Shown piece after piece: positions 10,847 to 25,800 of a DNA stretch of 64,000 nucleotides. This DNA is from Tubulanus polymorphus (taxonomy: Eukaryota; Animalia; Nemertea), in NCBI RefSeq assembly GCF_964204645.1, contig NC_134026.1:3743950-3807949 (forward strand). Reading direction: 5' to 3'. Made by a program: the position numbers and the translations under genes. The notes beneath the pieces were generated by a model. It made no database searches and was not told the DNA's origin. It saw only the letters and a list, made by a program, of their open reading frames with translations. The stretch's first letter is position 1, and every line of letters begins with the position of its first letter.

Positions 10847-13800
10847 ATGGCTGTGGAAAACGGTAAATATCTTCCTATTTCTGCGATGACAGTTTTTCAA
10901 TTCGACGATAGATTGGCTGTTGTTTTATGATATGTGATAATCAACTGCCTAATCTGGACGTGTGTGTTTATTTTCAGATAAAGAACTTCGGGAAAAATTA
11001 CTCCGAAATGTCAAGAAGGAGGTCAGTACACTACTTACTTACTTACACACTTTAACAGTACAACACAACTCAACGTTACACCAGTAGTACACTCAGCTAC
11101 AGCTGCCTGCCTAGGTCCTGATCTAACAATGAAATACTAGGCTATCGCCAATTTCTTTTACTTTGTTTTTTGTGGCTTTAATTTTGTGTTTTGTGGCTTT
11201 AATTTTGTGTTAGAGGCTAGCCGAACTCGACCTGACACAGCATCCATCATCTTTATGCTCGAATTAAAGATACGATGAGCACTGGATACTACCTTCTTTT
11301 ATAACATTTGCCTCTCTTGAAATCACTTCATGTCACCTCGAATCAGTTGCAATATATTACTTCAGGCTAATTTGGCCCTACTTGTCCTATTCATTCCATC
11401 ATCACTTTTATTCCATTTGCATATTATAATTTTGATTACAAAAATGCATTAATAGATATAAATCATAGCAGGTAATCTGTTTTTTAATGTATCATGAAAA
11501 AAAATAATAATTATATCTAAACATTCATAGATATTTATGATTTTCATCTCTATATATTTTCGTAAAATCTAGGCACTATACCTAATCAATATTGGCTAAC
11601 ATGGTCTCCTTAATATCAAACGGCCTTTTTCAATCGATTCTGTTCAAAAGACTTAAAAACCGTCTTATGTCTGGTATATCATCATCATATTGCTATGAGC
11701 ATTCAGTTAAGCCTTCTGTGGGAATTATAATAGGTAAATGTATCTTGAAATGAATAATCAATGAATATGTTGCATTCTATATATTACTGTAGTAATTCGC
11801 TCAGTTGACTGCATAATTGAATGCATGAATGCTGTTCATTAAAAAATCTAACCATTACTGTCTAAAGCTATGATACATGTGTGGCCAGAGTATCATAAAT
11901 TTTAGCAATTTCCCGGCTGAAAAATATTTTTTTAGATTAATATGTGTGTTTTATTTGCATAATTTCAATACCTGGCAATAATAACCATTGATGAAATTAC
12001 AATGTCCGTGTTTAAGTATTCTAGCAGGTGACTATTTGGTTATAGTCGAAACTTTGAATCAATGAATTATTAGCGGACTTCATCTTTCTCGTTATATCAG
12101 TGAGGAGTTCTTGATCTATCTGCACAGATCTGAACAACTTTAATTTCCTCGTATTATCAGAGAAATTCGGATGTGTTGAAATGAACGGACGTCTGAAATA
12201 AGTTGAATGAACGCCCGTCTTTTCACGTTATTGCAGCTGCATTCCTACTTTATTCAGATTCTCCCGTTAACCAGTTGTTATGGTAACAGCCATTCAGTTG
12301 CCAAATGCAGGAAAATATCCGGCGATGCTGCGCGTATAGCCCAGGTTCTCTTAAAAGCCTATAAATCATCTTAATCTGCCGTTCGATCCCGCTATATTTT
12401 AAATGTCAAAGCAATTCTTTTAATTGCGAACGGGGATGCACCGGAATTATGAAACGTTTCCAGGCACTCGAGCAAGCGATAGATGAATAGCAATCAAAAT
12501 TGTCGCAAATAGCGGTGAAAAAATATCAAGCGATCGGTTTCGATGGAAAACCTTCGAGTCGTATTGGAAATACTGAATGATGATACTTCACTTAAATTAA
12601 TACTAAACCAACAAACAAATGTCATTGTGCTCGATTCGAGAGGGTATCTTCTCACGTTCCGAAAGCCTCCATTGTCAGTATCTCACGTCGCGTTGTTATC
12701 CCAATTTGCCTTTCATTTAAGCTTCTTCAAGGTGAAGAATCTAATAAAAAAAACATTGTTGAATGTTGAAATTTCTTATCCCGTTGCAATAGATTCTTTT
12801 CAAATTTTCGTATCCTGACATTTAATTTTGGACTGTTGTTTTGATATCTGCTTCGGCCTAAATTTGGTCAGACGGAAAAATGGGAATTATGAACTCATGA
12901 ACGTATGCGTAAGCTGTGCTTTGTCCAGCCATTGACGTTTGAAATCATAACAATAACGCGGCATTTTCCATACGAGCCATAGTTCTTGAATTAACTGTTG
13001 AATACTGTCTGACTTGTGTCATTATCACTCGGCAAATTTCTATTAAAAGCTGGTAATTTGACTCCCACGCTCAATGTGTTTTATTCATCGAGCATGTTTC
13101 TCCTCGACGCGATATGTAATGTTATTACGATGATAGATTTGGGAGCGTAATAACTGGCCCCAATTTATACGTGACTCTAGGCATCTTTGGTACGCTGATT
13201 GGAAAATTCCTGTCATCCCTCTATCCGAAATCCAGCCTTGACTTTATTATAGCTGAAGGCTTGCTTGGCTTCACGACGAACGAACTTCATTAATCCCTTA
13301 TTGAGATATAGAAAAAGATTATGCTAGTTATTTTTCCGGCATGTGGGTGTATTGATAACGAAGTCTATAATTTTTGTTCTGATGCAAGAGGAATGTGCAA
13401 GTTTTTCAGGCCTTACGAGAACTGCCTTAATCTGATCTCGGATTTAGCTCTTTTCTTCAAATATTTACCGGTAACTGCTGTGTAACTGCTGTGTTCTAAA
13501 ACATTTTGATCAGGGTCTAGTTTCATTAAAACATTCAAACTTAGAACAGTGAAGTTCGAATTTTTGCTGAGAGCCAACCGTTCATGCTGGTGCCAAACTT
13601 GACGTCGGCCAAATTTAGCCCGACCAGACTGAGCGCGATTTTAGCCTGGGTCACAAATTATGCCGTGTGAATACTGATAAATTGGTTCTGGAAGCGATTC
13701 ATCTCACTTGCCATATCATTGTTTTGATAGCATGTTTTTAGTAAAAATGAGTGATTTATGTGTGTCGTGAATGCACTAATTAGGCAAGTTTCACTTGAAC

Positions 13801-16800
13801 CAGTTTTGATCCCGGCTTTGACCCGGTCCAAATCGTCTCTATGTGATAGTTGCTATAGACCTAAAGGTATATAATATAAACTAGAGTTTAAGGATGTTCC
13901 AAAATTCTAGAAAGGGACAGATTTAGAATTGGAGTATGTCTAGTTCTAAATAAAGATTTGGGAAGACTTCATGTTTTCAGTTTGCTTTACGGTAGTTGCT
14001 TCATGATTTTGATGTGGGGCCTGGCCGGTGTCAAACAGGCATCAGTTTAAACAGTTGGCCTGGATAAAAAACGTTCATGCGATCGATCGCGGCTTATATT
14101 TCATCCGAACAGATCCTCTGAATTCGTTTTATAATATTGTATTGTAGGTTAAGCAGATCATGGAGGAGGCAGTTACTCGTAAATTCGTACATGAAGAGAG
14201 TAGCAGTATCACTTCATTATGCGGTAAGTCTTGAAAGATCACTCGTCGCTAATGAAACACAAATATCGCCAGAGAAGTCGACGATTGCTGGTTGCGCAAA
14301 ATTGTAGGCATTAATTAGCATCGGCGGGTGGTGAAAATGCCAATTAAACTCGGTTCATGGAATGACAGATCGGAATCTTCAGAAGACAAAATCTTTCCGA
14401 CGTCAATCAGACTAATCTCACAAGGGAAAGATCATAAACAGCATTGATTGCACCTTTCGTGCATTGAGTAGTGATATTTAATGATCTTATTAGAACACGT
14501 TACTAAAGTTCGGTCCTCAAATAATTCTAACGACAGTCGGCAGAAGTGTTGAATGTTTTTCCCTGTTTTAGGGGTAGTATGAATGTCGCTAGTTGTCGTA
14601 ATTGTAAGTCTATATCTGTGAATGTACTATATTGGTGAAGTACTACGCTAAAAGGGGGTCCTATGATCAAGGGTGCTGAGTATGCGAAGCTTTTTACTTG
14701 AGGTTTGAGGGTTGGCACATCAAAATTCAAAATTTGATATTTGGAGAAGTACTTCTTATGTTTCAAATTTTTTAAGGAAACAGAATATTGAGCCATGTGC
14801 TCCGCGGTCCCTGAGGTCACAGTTAGCTTTCGACATTTTTTTTGATTTTGTATTCATTCGCCTTTGACCTTTCACGTCTGAATGTATTTGACTAGTGTAT
14901 TTGTCGGTAACTAAAAATCCGGCGATATCAATCATTTAATATTGAAAGCATGATAACTTGTCAATTCCCATTCGGCCATTGATCAATCTCGTGTTCATGC
15001 GCCCGTCTGTTTTACTGTGGCGCGCGGGCACAAGAATCGCAGTTGCCATGGCAATGGATGCTGCGAGTAGCCCGCATATACCTGGTTTGCGCGATTGATG
15101 CTGTATGTATAGTTGGCACATAATAAGAAGGGTGATTGACACCAGTACGGTCACTATTGGTTACCTGTTATACCGATGTAATCGGAGTTGATAACTTCTT
15201 AGAAACCCCGGGACTTCGGAGCAATATCCTAATTACCATCTACCTGGCCACAATTCGCTGGAAATGATCTAATCTTAACTAAGCGCAACAGGTCTTTCAT
15301 TTTTATAGCTAGCCAGTATGAGACCTAGCAGGAATTTTTATAGCTGCTTTAACCGGGGAATGAACTCTGCTGCGCGTTGTCATTTTTGGAAAACAACCGA
15401 TTTTATTAGCCGTATACTCGGTCACGTGTTAGTACGAGGCTTATAACGGCGAACGACGGATCGTAGAATTTATGTCTCGAATGCTGATATCATTGATTTA
15501 CACTCGACGGTCAATATTGTCAATCGCGATATAAGATTCCATGCGATACGGCTTTTGTTTCCATCGCCATCTTCTTCTGTTTACCATAAAATGAAGTGCT
15601 GTATCTATGCTGTTATTTCATTTCATATTTACGTTTTGGCTGCTTGTTTGTTTTCGGGGGGGGGGGGGTAGATATACTACTCCTAGGGGTCTGATATTGT
15701 GATCGCTAGCCAATTAACTTTTGAAATCGGGGTTAAAGCGCTCTCTCATTACATGGAGGTGCGTTGCTGTTATAATCGAGATATTTTTTATACGCCGCAA
15801 GCCAGTCGTGACATTTTACGAATAATGAATGGCTTCCGCTAAACTCAATTTATACGGGGACTTCTCTTCGTACCTAATGGATAAAGATCCTTTATTTTTC
15901 TACGTCGCAAATTTGTGATAGATGTATTCTGAAAAATAAGGCCAATTTGCATCTTGTGATTCTCAGAAAACTTGTTTGCGGATGATTGTTAGCAGTCGTA
16001 GGACACATCCCCTTAAATGGAATTGGGTTTACCCAGTTGTTCGTTCTTGCTGCCAGGGGGAGTTGAATATTGAAATATATACGATTTCCTATTAAAGTAC
16101 CCAAGTATTTCACCGAGTGGACGTGGTGTCACTGGACCCCTAGTTTTTGCCGTTGTTTAGTGAATATCGTTTCAACCTTTCAGGTACGGTGGAAGCGTGT
16201 CTTCAGTATGGAATTAAGAAACGAGCGCTGGGATTATTCAAGAGCAGCAGTACGTCTGCCCTGTTGCACAAAATCGCCAAGAGCTGCGAACCAGCGGCAC
16301 AAGTCGTGAAGGTCCTCGACGACTCTGAAATCAGCGTCGATGGCTCGAAGTTAGTTCCATAGTATTTAACCCTATTATCTCGCAATGAATTATGTCTTCA
16401 CACATCTGTTACTTTATTGAATCCCTTCTTGACTGGCAGTCTATTACGTTAAAGGTTCAAATTTTCCGCTTGTATGCCGTACGTGTATGTCGTCTTGATG
16501 GAATTAGATTTTCCGCTTTCAGATCAAATTAATAATTAATAATTAATAGTAATTAATACAAAACCCGATCAACTTGTTCCTTTGTGTCCCTTGCTACTTA
16601 ATAATAAGCCGTGGCTAGTCGTTAAAGTGCTGTCATTCAAATTCTGGTAACTGGCATATTTCATTTCTATCTCTTTCATTACAGAAAATCACTGGACAGC
16701 AATAAGAATCAGACATCGAAAAAGCCGAACATATTTTACAATCCGAAATACCTATGGATAAGGATGGCGCTGTTCGAGAAAAATCTCGCTAAAATCATCG

Positions 16801-19800
16801 AATACCTCGTACAGAACGGCAGTAAATTCTACGAGAAAGAGTCGATCGTCGGCGATCCTGTCGACGGGCCGATACTCGCTTCTCTACTCGGTGAGTATCG
16901 TATAAACAGCCGCGTATTTCATTCGATTTCATTTGATTTTCTGTCGTCGTCGTGGGGGCAAATATACGACGGTCATTAATTTCTGTTCATCCGAAAATAA
17001 CGTTTACTCCGTCGTCGCTCGCATTAAGCCTCGGTCCGCGTCGAGCGCGCTCGTGTAGATATCAGAACTACGATGAGAGAACCGTTCGCAACCAGGAAAC
17101 CGGTAAATTAGTTTACTCCGACAGGATCGGTCGTGATTTATGACGGTTCCATTGGAGAAACCGATTACAAAGACAGATTTAATTTCTCAGCCCAGTTTGC
17201 GAAATTTGGGTTAGATTTTGTAATTCACTTTTAGAATTTCTACTTCATGGATCTAAATCCAGATTTTTGAGCTTTGCAACAATTATTTGAAATAATAGAC
17301 GATTGTATTTGATTCTTTACTAAAATTTTGGTGCTTAAGATCGTATATAGTTCCAAAAAAACATCCCATTGATGTATTTTAGTACAGTCTGAAATATGTA
17401 TCACAAAAATTCCTGAAACTTGTTATTCATGAACTATTACTATGAGGTCATGATTCAATAATTTGTACATAGCAGTGTGGTAAATTAATTGATTTGTTAC
17501 CTAGGCCCATGCAAAAAACCTGAAAACGTACATACTGAAAATGCTTCAGTTTTGATCCCACTTATGATCCTTTATTACAAACAACACACATTTCTGGTAG
17601 ATATGGAATTTTGTTACTCTCGTTGAGTTTGTGGGTTTGTGTATGAGGCTCATTTTATCGATATTTATTTTTGAGCTACAATTTTAGCGACAATAGATTT
17701 TCGATTCGTTTTTCCGATCACTTAAGATCAACGTGAAACAATGAAAAGTGTTGAGATAGAAAGCAGCTGCTGTGTGCGGGAATTAAAAAAATTTGCACTC
17801 TCTTCAAAGAATGTGTACGTATGGCGGGGTGACATATGCGATGTTTGTACGTATTTAACATCATAAACTGGGTGAACGTCATAACAACATGACACATACT
17901 TCAGCCGATGGATGCCATGATATTAAAAGAATCAATGTTAGAATATCTCTACATAAAGAACAATATTCTTTGTTCTCGGAGCTTTGGATCGAGTTAATTT
18001 TACACCTTTTAAATTGTATTTTGAATGAATTATCGAATGTAACAGACCCTGGGGCTGTGGATGGGAAAAACTTCCAAGACTGGTATAGAATAAAGATCAT
18101 CTATGGATTAGCCAGCTAGACGTAGCGAGTGATATCAAGTCTCAAGTAGCAGACACATTTCTTGTTATGGACAATTTCGTGAAGTTTGTAACTAGAGTGA
18201 AAATATATAAGGATAAGATATAAGGATAAGGATAAGAAAATTAACTCTACCACTTAAAATTCCAGCAATGATATTTCAAACTTTCTTGCTTTAAGGTTCG
18301 CCTTCAGGACCCAGTTACACAGTTAAGACTAAGGTTAATTCAGGAGATAAGAAATTTGAAATTACATCTTTATTCGTAACAATGTTACAAGTAGAAAATA
18401 GAAAAATAATCATCAAAATAACGCTATTGTTACCTATTTACATAAATGGCCTTGGGACCGAGAAACATAGAGATAAGGTTAATTATTTAAGGGAGGTAGC
18501 CAAACTAATACCATAATATCTAACTAACTAATACTAGAAATAACCTGTTGAGTCAAACTAGATTATTAAATGGAACTGGATCCAGGTTTTTATATACATA
18601 TCAAATATATAATACACATGAACTGCTTTTGTAGCTATAGCATATTTTAACTGTATTTTATCTGCTTTTGTACAAAATGTATGAATCGAAGAAACGAAAC
18701 TGAAATGATTAAACTCTGGTCATTTGTGTTTTACAGTTGGACCATGCGCGTTAGACTTTACGAAAATGAAAACGACCGACCATTTTTGGACCGATCCGCC
18801 TGCTGACGAACTCGTACAGCGACATCGTATACATAGCAGTGGTAATCATTTCAACAGTCCTGGATCTCCAAAGCGATTAGGACTTCATGTACGTGTAAGT
18901 TATAGCCGTATTTTATTTCAGCGTGTTGATGAAAATCTCGCTCATTTCGAGGAAATCGTGGATTACTCGGTTACTGAATGCACTCACTTTAATTATCTAA
19001 TGACGTATATATGTGTGTCTTCAAGTAGGTGTGTGTTGTGCACATAATGTATAGAAAATGAGATATTTCAAGCAAAAAGAATAAGCAGCTAAAAACAAAT
19101 CTCCGGTGGCCTTGAGATAATGTTACCGTTTTTAACAAAAAGCTGAAAGAAATATTAATCTTGATGCATGTTTAATCTAAAATCTGAATGTTTCAAATTA
19201 CAAAAATCACTCGAATGACTTTTCCATTTGGCTTCCTCCATTGTGTTTTCATCATAATGTTCTTAGAAAAGCGAACTTTTTCTGTTTGCGTTTCCATCTT
19301 GATTTTCGATCTCATTATTTCTAAAAGGCTCGTTTTTTCCCATTTTCCTTATCACTTACATTCGATTCAACACAATCTTCACTCTTTCTTAGTTGAAAAA
19401 AGTATTTACAAAAAGGCCTTGGTAACATTGAGAATGAGTAGGTGGGCAGTGGTTATGAGATTCACCGTATGGTAGATATTGACTGCGAGGTTATTGAACC
19501 ACAGCGAAAGTGTATTAGTGAAGTTGTATGCTGACATTTATGCGCGTATCATATTAGTGCATATATACCTCATTATTAACATCAAATAAAGATTCTTTAG
19601 TTGTGTATGCAGTCGATTTTACTAAGAGGTTTCAGTGAGAGTCCACGCTTTTACATAATTCACGATGCTTGTCTGCGCGAAGTGCGCTCGTCTATCAGAA
19701 GTAGTTTCTGAATGGTATTGGCAGAAACGATGACTTCTCATCTTGACATCCGCGTACGATTCGTGTAATAACTGATATTATCTGCGCGCGATGCGTCTCT

Positions 19801-22800
19801 CCGATGTATTCTTACTCCCCGTCGGTCGATTAATCAAATCATTCGTTTCTTTCATCCGCCGCGTGACACGCCGGTCGTCTCCTTCGACCGACGCCGGCGA
19901 ATCTAGCGCAAGGATAAATGGCAAGATCGGAAATCGATTTTTTTTCCTAGCGATGCGGATGATAAAAATGCGCCCGTGACAACTTGCGTTTCGGCAGCCC
20001 GTTTCCAGGCAATTTTGCGCCTACGCTCGTGCAGCTAGGCAGGCCATGCCGTTAAGAATAATAGCGCTTTGACATTTCGACAGTCTATAATGCGTTTAGC
20101 ACAGATTGTCGATTTGGTTTTTAAGTGCCGTTTGTCCTTCAATTGCGTGGTATCGATTGCTGTTCGAATATTCATGAATTCATCGCACATAGTCTAATTA
20201 GCTGCTACTGATGTCGACAATTTTCTCATTCAACGCATTCGATGTAACAAAACTCGACCTTTTTATGCAGAGTTGTCTGAATGATGTTGATTTATTCCGT
20301 GTAAAAATGCATGGCTGTGTTTATAACATCCCTTCACTCTAATGAAACTGTGCTATAGGAAATTCATTCAGCTCATCGTGTATGATTTCATATTCGCCAC
20401 TGAGAAATTAGTATTATTTTTTTAATGATTAGTATAATTTGATGTATAGAGACACTAGTACAAATATTGTTTCATGTTACCTACATATCTAGTTTTTTTT
20501 TGCTCTCTCAGTGAACAGATGATCATACATGTGTGCATACATTGATCTATATGTCTAGGACGTATAATCTACGTCCATGGTCTACTAATTGAATGGATTG
20601 TATGCTTCTCTCTCCGTCCCTCCCTGCTCTCTCTCTATTCTCTCCCTTCCTCCCTTCCTGCTCTCCCTCCCCCTCTCCCTTTCCTCTCTGTCCCTCTGCT
20701 CTCTCCATCTCACTCTGATAGAATCCTGTCACATACAGATAGAAAGCCTTCGATAGTGACGCACGGAGCTGTTGGTTTCTGATTGAGATTGACGTCAACA
20801 GAAATTTGTCCACCACCGTGTGCATGAAATCTATTGGATCATGTACTCCGATGTTCAATAACTCGTCCTTGATATCGTAACCGAAGAAATCTGTGTCGTT
20901 TATCTTCACGTTTTTTTTTATATCGATAAACAAACGATTTTTCTGTATTTTTCTGCAGGTTCCGAGGAATACAAGTTCAAGCGGAAGCGATGAAGCGTTA
21001 CGTAGCGTTCCATTATCGGCTAAAGAGTACGTCGAGTCCCTGCATCAAAACTCAAAAACAACTTTACTCTACGGCAAAAACAATGTCCTCGTACAACCTG
21101 TAAGTTTCCGAAAAATATCGACGCATAGAAACTTTCCATGAGTGGAAACATTTGAGGGTGTTTCTACGAAGGCACTCCTTTCAGTGTCTGTACAATACAT
21201 TTAGGATATTAATTAGTCAGCCCTGAAAGGGAATGCAATACACCCCACTTTATTCATATAAATTTGGACTCGTGATTTAGAAATGGCTTTTAGCAATTCA
21301 GGGTGTTTAGCAATGATCTGGGTTAAGCCCCACAGGAGTCTCACCTTGAAGGCACTTGGAAGGGTTTATGGGTATTGCTTTTGAATGGACATTTTTCACG
21401 CCATATTCAGTCTTAAGTGGCTATTGAGACATACAAAATATTCATTTAACCTAGAATTTGAAGTGAAGATGTTTATGAAATCAAAACTGTAACTGGGGAA
21501 ATAGATATTCAATGCATGTAGTCACTTACCGCTTGTGCACTCGAATAGATTTGCACAAGTTTCAGGGGAAAAATCATGCACCCATTGGCATCCATTTTCA
21601 GAAAGAAGATGTCGAGATGATGCCCGGTTATTTATCACTGCACCAGTCGGTAGAAGGCTTAACGATAAAATGGACGCCGAATCAGCTGATGAACGGTTGT
21701 TGCGAAATCGACGAAAATGAGGAATTTGACAGGAGGTATGCCTGCCTGTTTGTGTTCGTTCGATAAAGCCGTTTTTATTATTATTCATTTTAATAGATAA
21801 AGCCCGCGTGTAGACTATAGCGCCTTCGTAGCGATTTCGAGATATCTAATCAGTTTCGAATTGCGATCAGATGTAACGAGTAGCACTGCACGAGGGCTTT
21901 GAATTATCTATTATCAGTCAAAGCTTGGGATTACGTGCCTCTCTCTCGCAATTCAAATAGCTTCAACTGCTCATGAACCGCTAGATAGAGAGACCGTCGC
22001 CTGATTTCATACGACGGGATTAGCCTTAATACCTCTGGATAAAATCTATAATATTCAACTTAAGCGCGTATCATACATTCATTCATTCAGATTCTCGCGC
22101 GTATGAAATCAAGCTATTCACGGTTACTTGACTGAAACAAAATATCTGTTTTTAAATAAACCTATGATCTAGTTCGTTATTTGATTTTATAACTGAAAAT
22201 ACACAGTCGAATTGGACTAGATCATGTGCCCCTACGTGTATTGAGTTTTTAGTTTATCTTTGTTTTTCTTGATTTCTTGCCTACTTTTTTGTGCAGTAAT
22301 CTCATGTTTCGTAAATTAGTTTAGTCAAATTAAAGCACTGTAGCTCTTAGAGCTTGAATGGTTTCGACTGCAAAATGCCTTCAGTGTTCTAACCCGATAA
22401 TGACGTTCTTGAATTTCCGTTATCATGTGATTTGACATTTACGTGACATTCCGCAAAAATGAACTATGCTAGTTCTAAATAAAACGTTCCCTTCTGGCCA
22501 AATACACAAAATACTAGTGAAGCTATAATGATTACCACTGATGATCAATATTTAGTTAAAAATGTCTCGCAACAACGCAGGTGGGTCACTCGAAAATTCA
22601 TACTTATTCAAGCCAAGACTTGCCTCGGGTAAAACAAATTCTTTAAATTTCTATGAGCAATGCCTCAATTTGATTTTCTCTTAACGTTTCTGAAACGTGA
22701 ACCACCTGTGTGCGACCGCGTACGACTTCATGGGCAATATTTCTTTAACAGAGCTCATTATTTCTTTCACTTACAAAAAGACCCGACAACACTTTTAGGT

Positions 22801-25800
22801 ATTCGAAGACTTTAAATAAACTAATCAAGATTAGTGGTAAACGCAAGTGAGTATATCTACGAAGATTACATGCCGTAATCGTCCCTTTTTAAACCTCACA
22901 ATAACAGTATCTGTCCTTGCAATCAAAACATTCTTGTTGACCAAGTCGGGTTTATATAAATGAGCCTGTAAATGCTTGGTTTAAGAGGCACAGTGGCTCT
23001 GTGATTTAAGCCATCAGTCATCGACTGGTCTCCTCAATCAACCCAGGGCTCATCGGTACTCACCCTGGTGATGGCAGAGATGGTTCTCTGGCCTTTCTTC
23101 CTCGTGTTAGGAAATACCACGAACCCGCTTACAATGCCTTTAGTGGTAAGTGGGTAGAGGATTCAAGGAATCTACAAACAATGCTTGTTTAACTCGTCGT
23201 AGAGCTGTAATGCTATGTTATATCTCTAACGACTTGTGAAACAACTTAATATTGTCAATGTCCTCCTTCTCGTGCTTGGCTTTGGAAATGCTTAATCTGC
23301 CATATGCAGACGTATACCATAGCATATCAATAGCTTTCGTGTCGACGAGTATATGTTCCATCATCAACAACTCTACCGATCTGGGACTGGATTAGATTGT
23401 TAAGGGGATTCTTGGACAGAGGTTCGAAAGGTTGTGAGGGTTAAAGACAGACCTCATTCTAAACCAGCATGGATGATGCCCCTTTAATCATTAACAGGAT
23501 TCACGCATTCAACGCTTGAAGTTTGCATCATATCTATCGGCATTACCATGGTAACCGGATGATAATTGGAAATTGTTTTTCGTTTCTTGACTTTTCAATC
23601 AGCACTTACATGAAACAACAAACAAACGGACTAATATAGATCTTAAATAAATGTTGAAGTTCAGCTACGGAAAAAAAACTATTTCTGGAAATGATTGCTA
23701 TGAATGATGAATAAATTTAGTAATTTTATCAAACCAAAAACGAACAGTGAAAAAACATGTTGTTTGCGGCATGTGTTGGTGGTGGATTGCATGGTTTACC
23801 CCCCACCCCTCCCCCCTTGTGATTGTCATCATTTCCCATTAATTCAATAACTATTGGTGGTGTAAACTTCTTCAGCGTGACTAACCAATTTTTCCCGAAA
23901 TTCGATAGATCATTTGGACGATGCTATATCCGCGAAGCCGTATGTAGATCGGTTGAATCGAGCCGTTTAGTAATCAAGCGGCGGTATTTTTTTCGGGGGG
24001 GGGGGGGGGAGTTTAGATTGAGTTCATGTTTTCGTGTCAATCGAGTAACTGACAAACACGACTATCGATTACTACTTGTCATTGATATTGTTTGACATCT
24101 ACACAGTCAGGCGCGTAATGAAATACTCGGCTTTAGCCGCGATAGCAAAAGCAAACCAATCGATATGGTCGGATCGCAGTCAAGAGATGCCAAATGTGCA
24201 TGTCTGAAAATTGTGTGGGTGATTGTCCCTGATTATCGTTCTTTTCTGAATTTCTGAAATTATTGTCATCCCCAAAAATCAGAAAATCACTTGTCACAAA
24301 ATCAGTGGATTTCATGATTTTGTCGGGTGTGGGGAGTCTTACTAACCGAGTATGAAACTAACATCGTTTGCTTTTCACTGTAAACAAAGGACCGTATTTC
24401 TATACACAGGGAGCTGAGGTGTGACGGATTCCTCTGTTTACATCATCTCCCTGAACGAGAAAAAATCATAACTCTCTTATACTGTGTTTTCATGATGAAA
24501 AGAACCTAACTGAAAGTTACCATTTGTAAATAATGTACGTGTTAATAACGTCAACAATAGCATGTAATTTGAACTGATTTCACGTGGTACGAAGGGTAAT
24601 TAACTGAGTTCAGATTTGTAGCCTCTCATATCTGTACATACATCTATCTTGTCTCTCGCTCTATTTCTCAGTTGTTCTCTTGGAATTGGTCGCTAATTCA
24701 CATGCTTACATTATGTAGTAATGTCCGGTCATTATCACCATCGTTAATTACCAGTTTCGCCATCGTTGCCCGAATCACATTATTTATTGTGAAAAGATGC
24801 TCATTCAGACGAAAATAAGATCCAAATGTATTCGTTTCATTTAAGTTACAGTCGTTAAGCTGTAATGGCTCGAAGCTAAATAATGAAGCTTCGTTGCTTA
24901 GATTAAATTGATGACGCTTTCAGTACCTTCTTATTCCCTTGTCGATTATAGTCTGCTAACAAATGGCTGTTTGTATTGACTGTATTTTTCCATTTGTTTT
25001 ACAGTTTGTATTGGGATTATGCAGTAACGATCTTCCTCGATGAAATAGTTTACCTCCATTGTCATCAGCAACGTAAGTCTAGATAATCATTCTTATTGAT
25101 CAGTTATTCAAAAAATGTGCGAATGTGTTACCGGTGTGCATTTTGAGTTCGAATAGGGTACAGTACATTCATTCTGAAAAGTACCATATCATATTCATTG
25201 CCAGGTGTGTTCGATTGGGCTTAGTTCACTGTTCAATTGGTGTAATCGGTGAATTCGGTTTAGATTGACATAACCATCTTTTCAATTGGTTGGACTGATG
25301 CGGTCAATTCAGTCGTCCAACTGAACACACCTAATTAGTTGCATATTCCGTGAACCAAGAATTTGTCTACTCCAATATTTCTAACATTTTTAATCGACCT
25401 TTTAATTATTCCCGTATCTAACACATTTGTTATGTAACTATATTCTGCAGCTGACAGCGGGGGTACGATAGTTCTGGTCGGACAAGATGGCGTTCAACGT
25501 CCTCCGATACACTTCCCAAAAGGCGGCCATCTTCTGGCGTTCTTGTCATGTATGGAAAACGGACTTCTTCCGCACGGACAGCTCGATCCTCCACTCTGGT
25601 CACAGCGGGGGAAAGGTAAACAATGTGCGCATCAAATTAATACAAACATCAACTTTTTCAATCGCTAGGTGTCAGTTTTGCTTCGTCGATATTAATTTGG
25701 AAGTGTCGTGCGTCCATATTTAATTAATACAAATGCACTGAATATTTGTCTAATAATCCAAAATTACATTTAATATGCCAGTATAGTTGCATAACATTAC

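Noticed and set aside
14527-14820. Minus-strand ORF containing KSFAYSAP
   Set aside because: Resembles the C-terminal tail of L2/CR1 LINE ORF2 but is too short and decayed to call; no RT core motifs seen.
20547-20933. 128-aa minus-strand ORF with a G/E/R-rich end
   Set aside because: The frame stays open largely because of the CT-rich tract; it lies in an SGSM intron with no supporting exons.
22985-23165. Possible tRNA-derived SINE (A-box-like ggcacagtggctctgtg)
   Set aside because: No clear B-box or cloverleaf and no second copy in the window.
15656-24009. Homopolymer G runs (13 G at 15656, 15 G at 23995) as G-quadruplex elements
   Set aside because: Simple intronic homopolymers with unreliable length and no supporting context.
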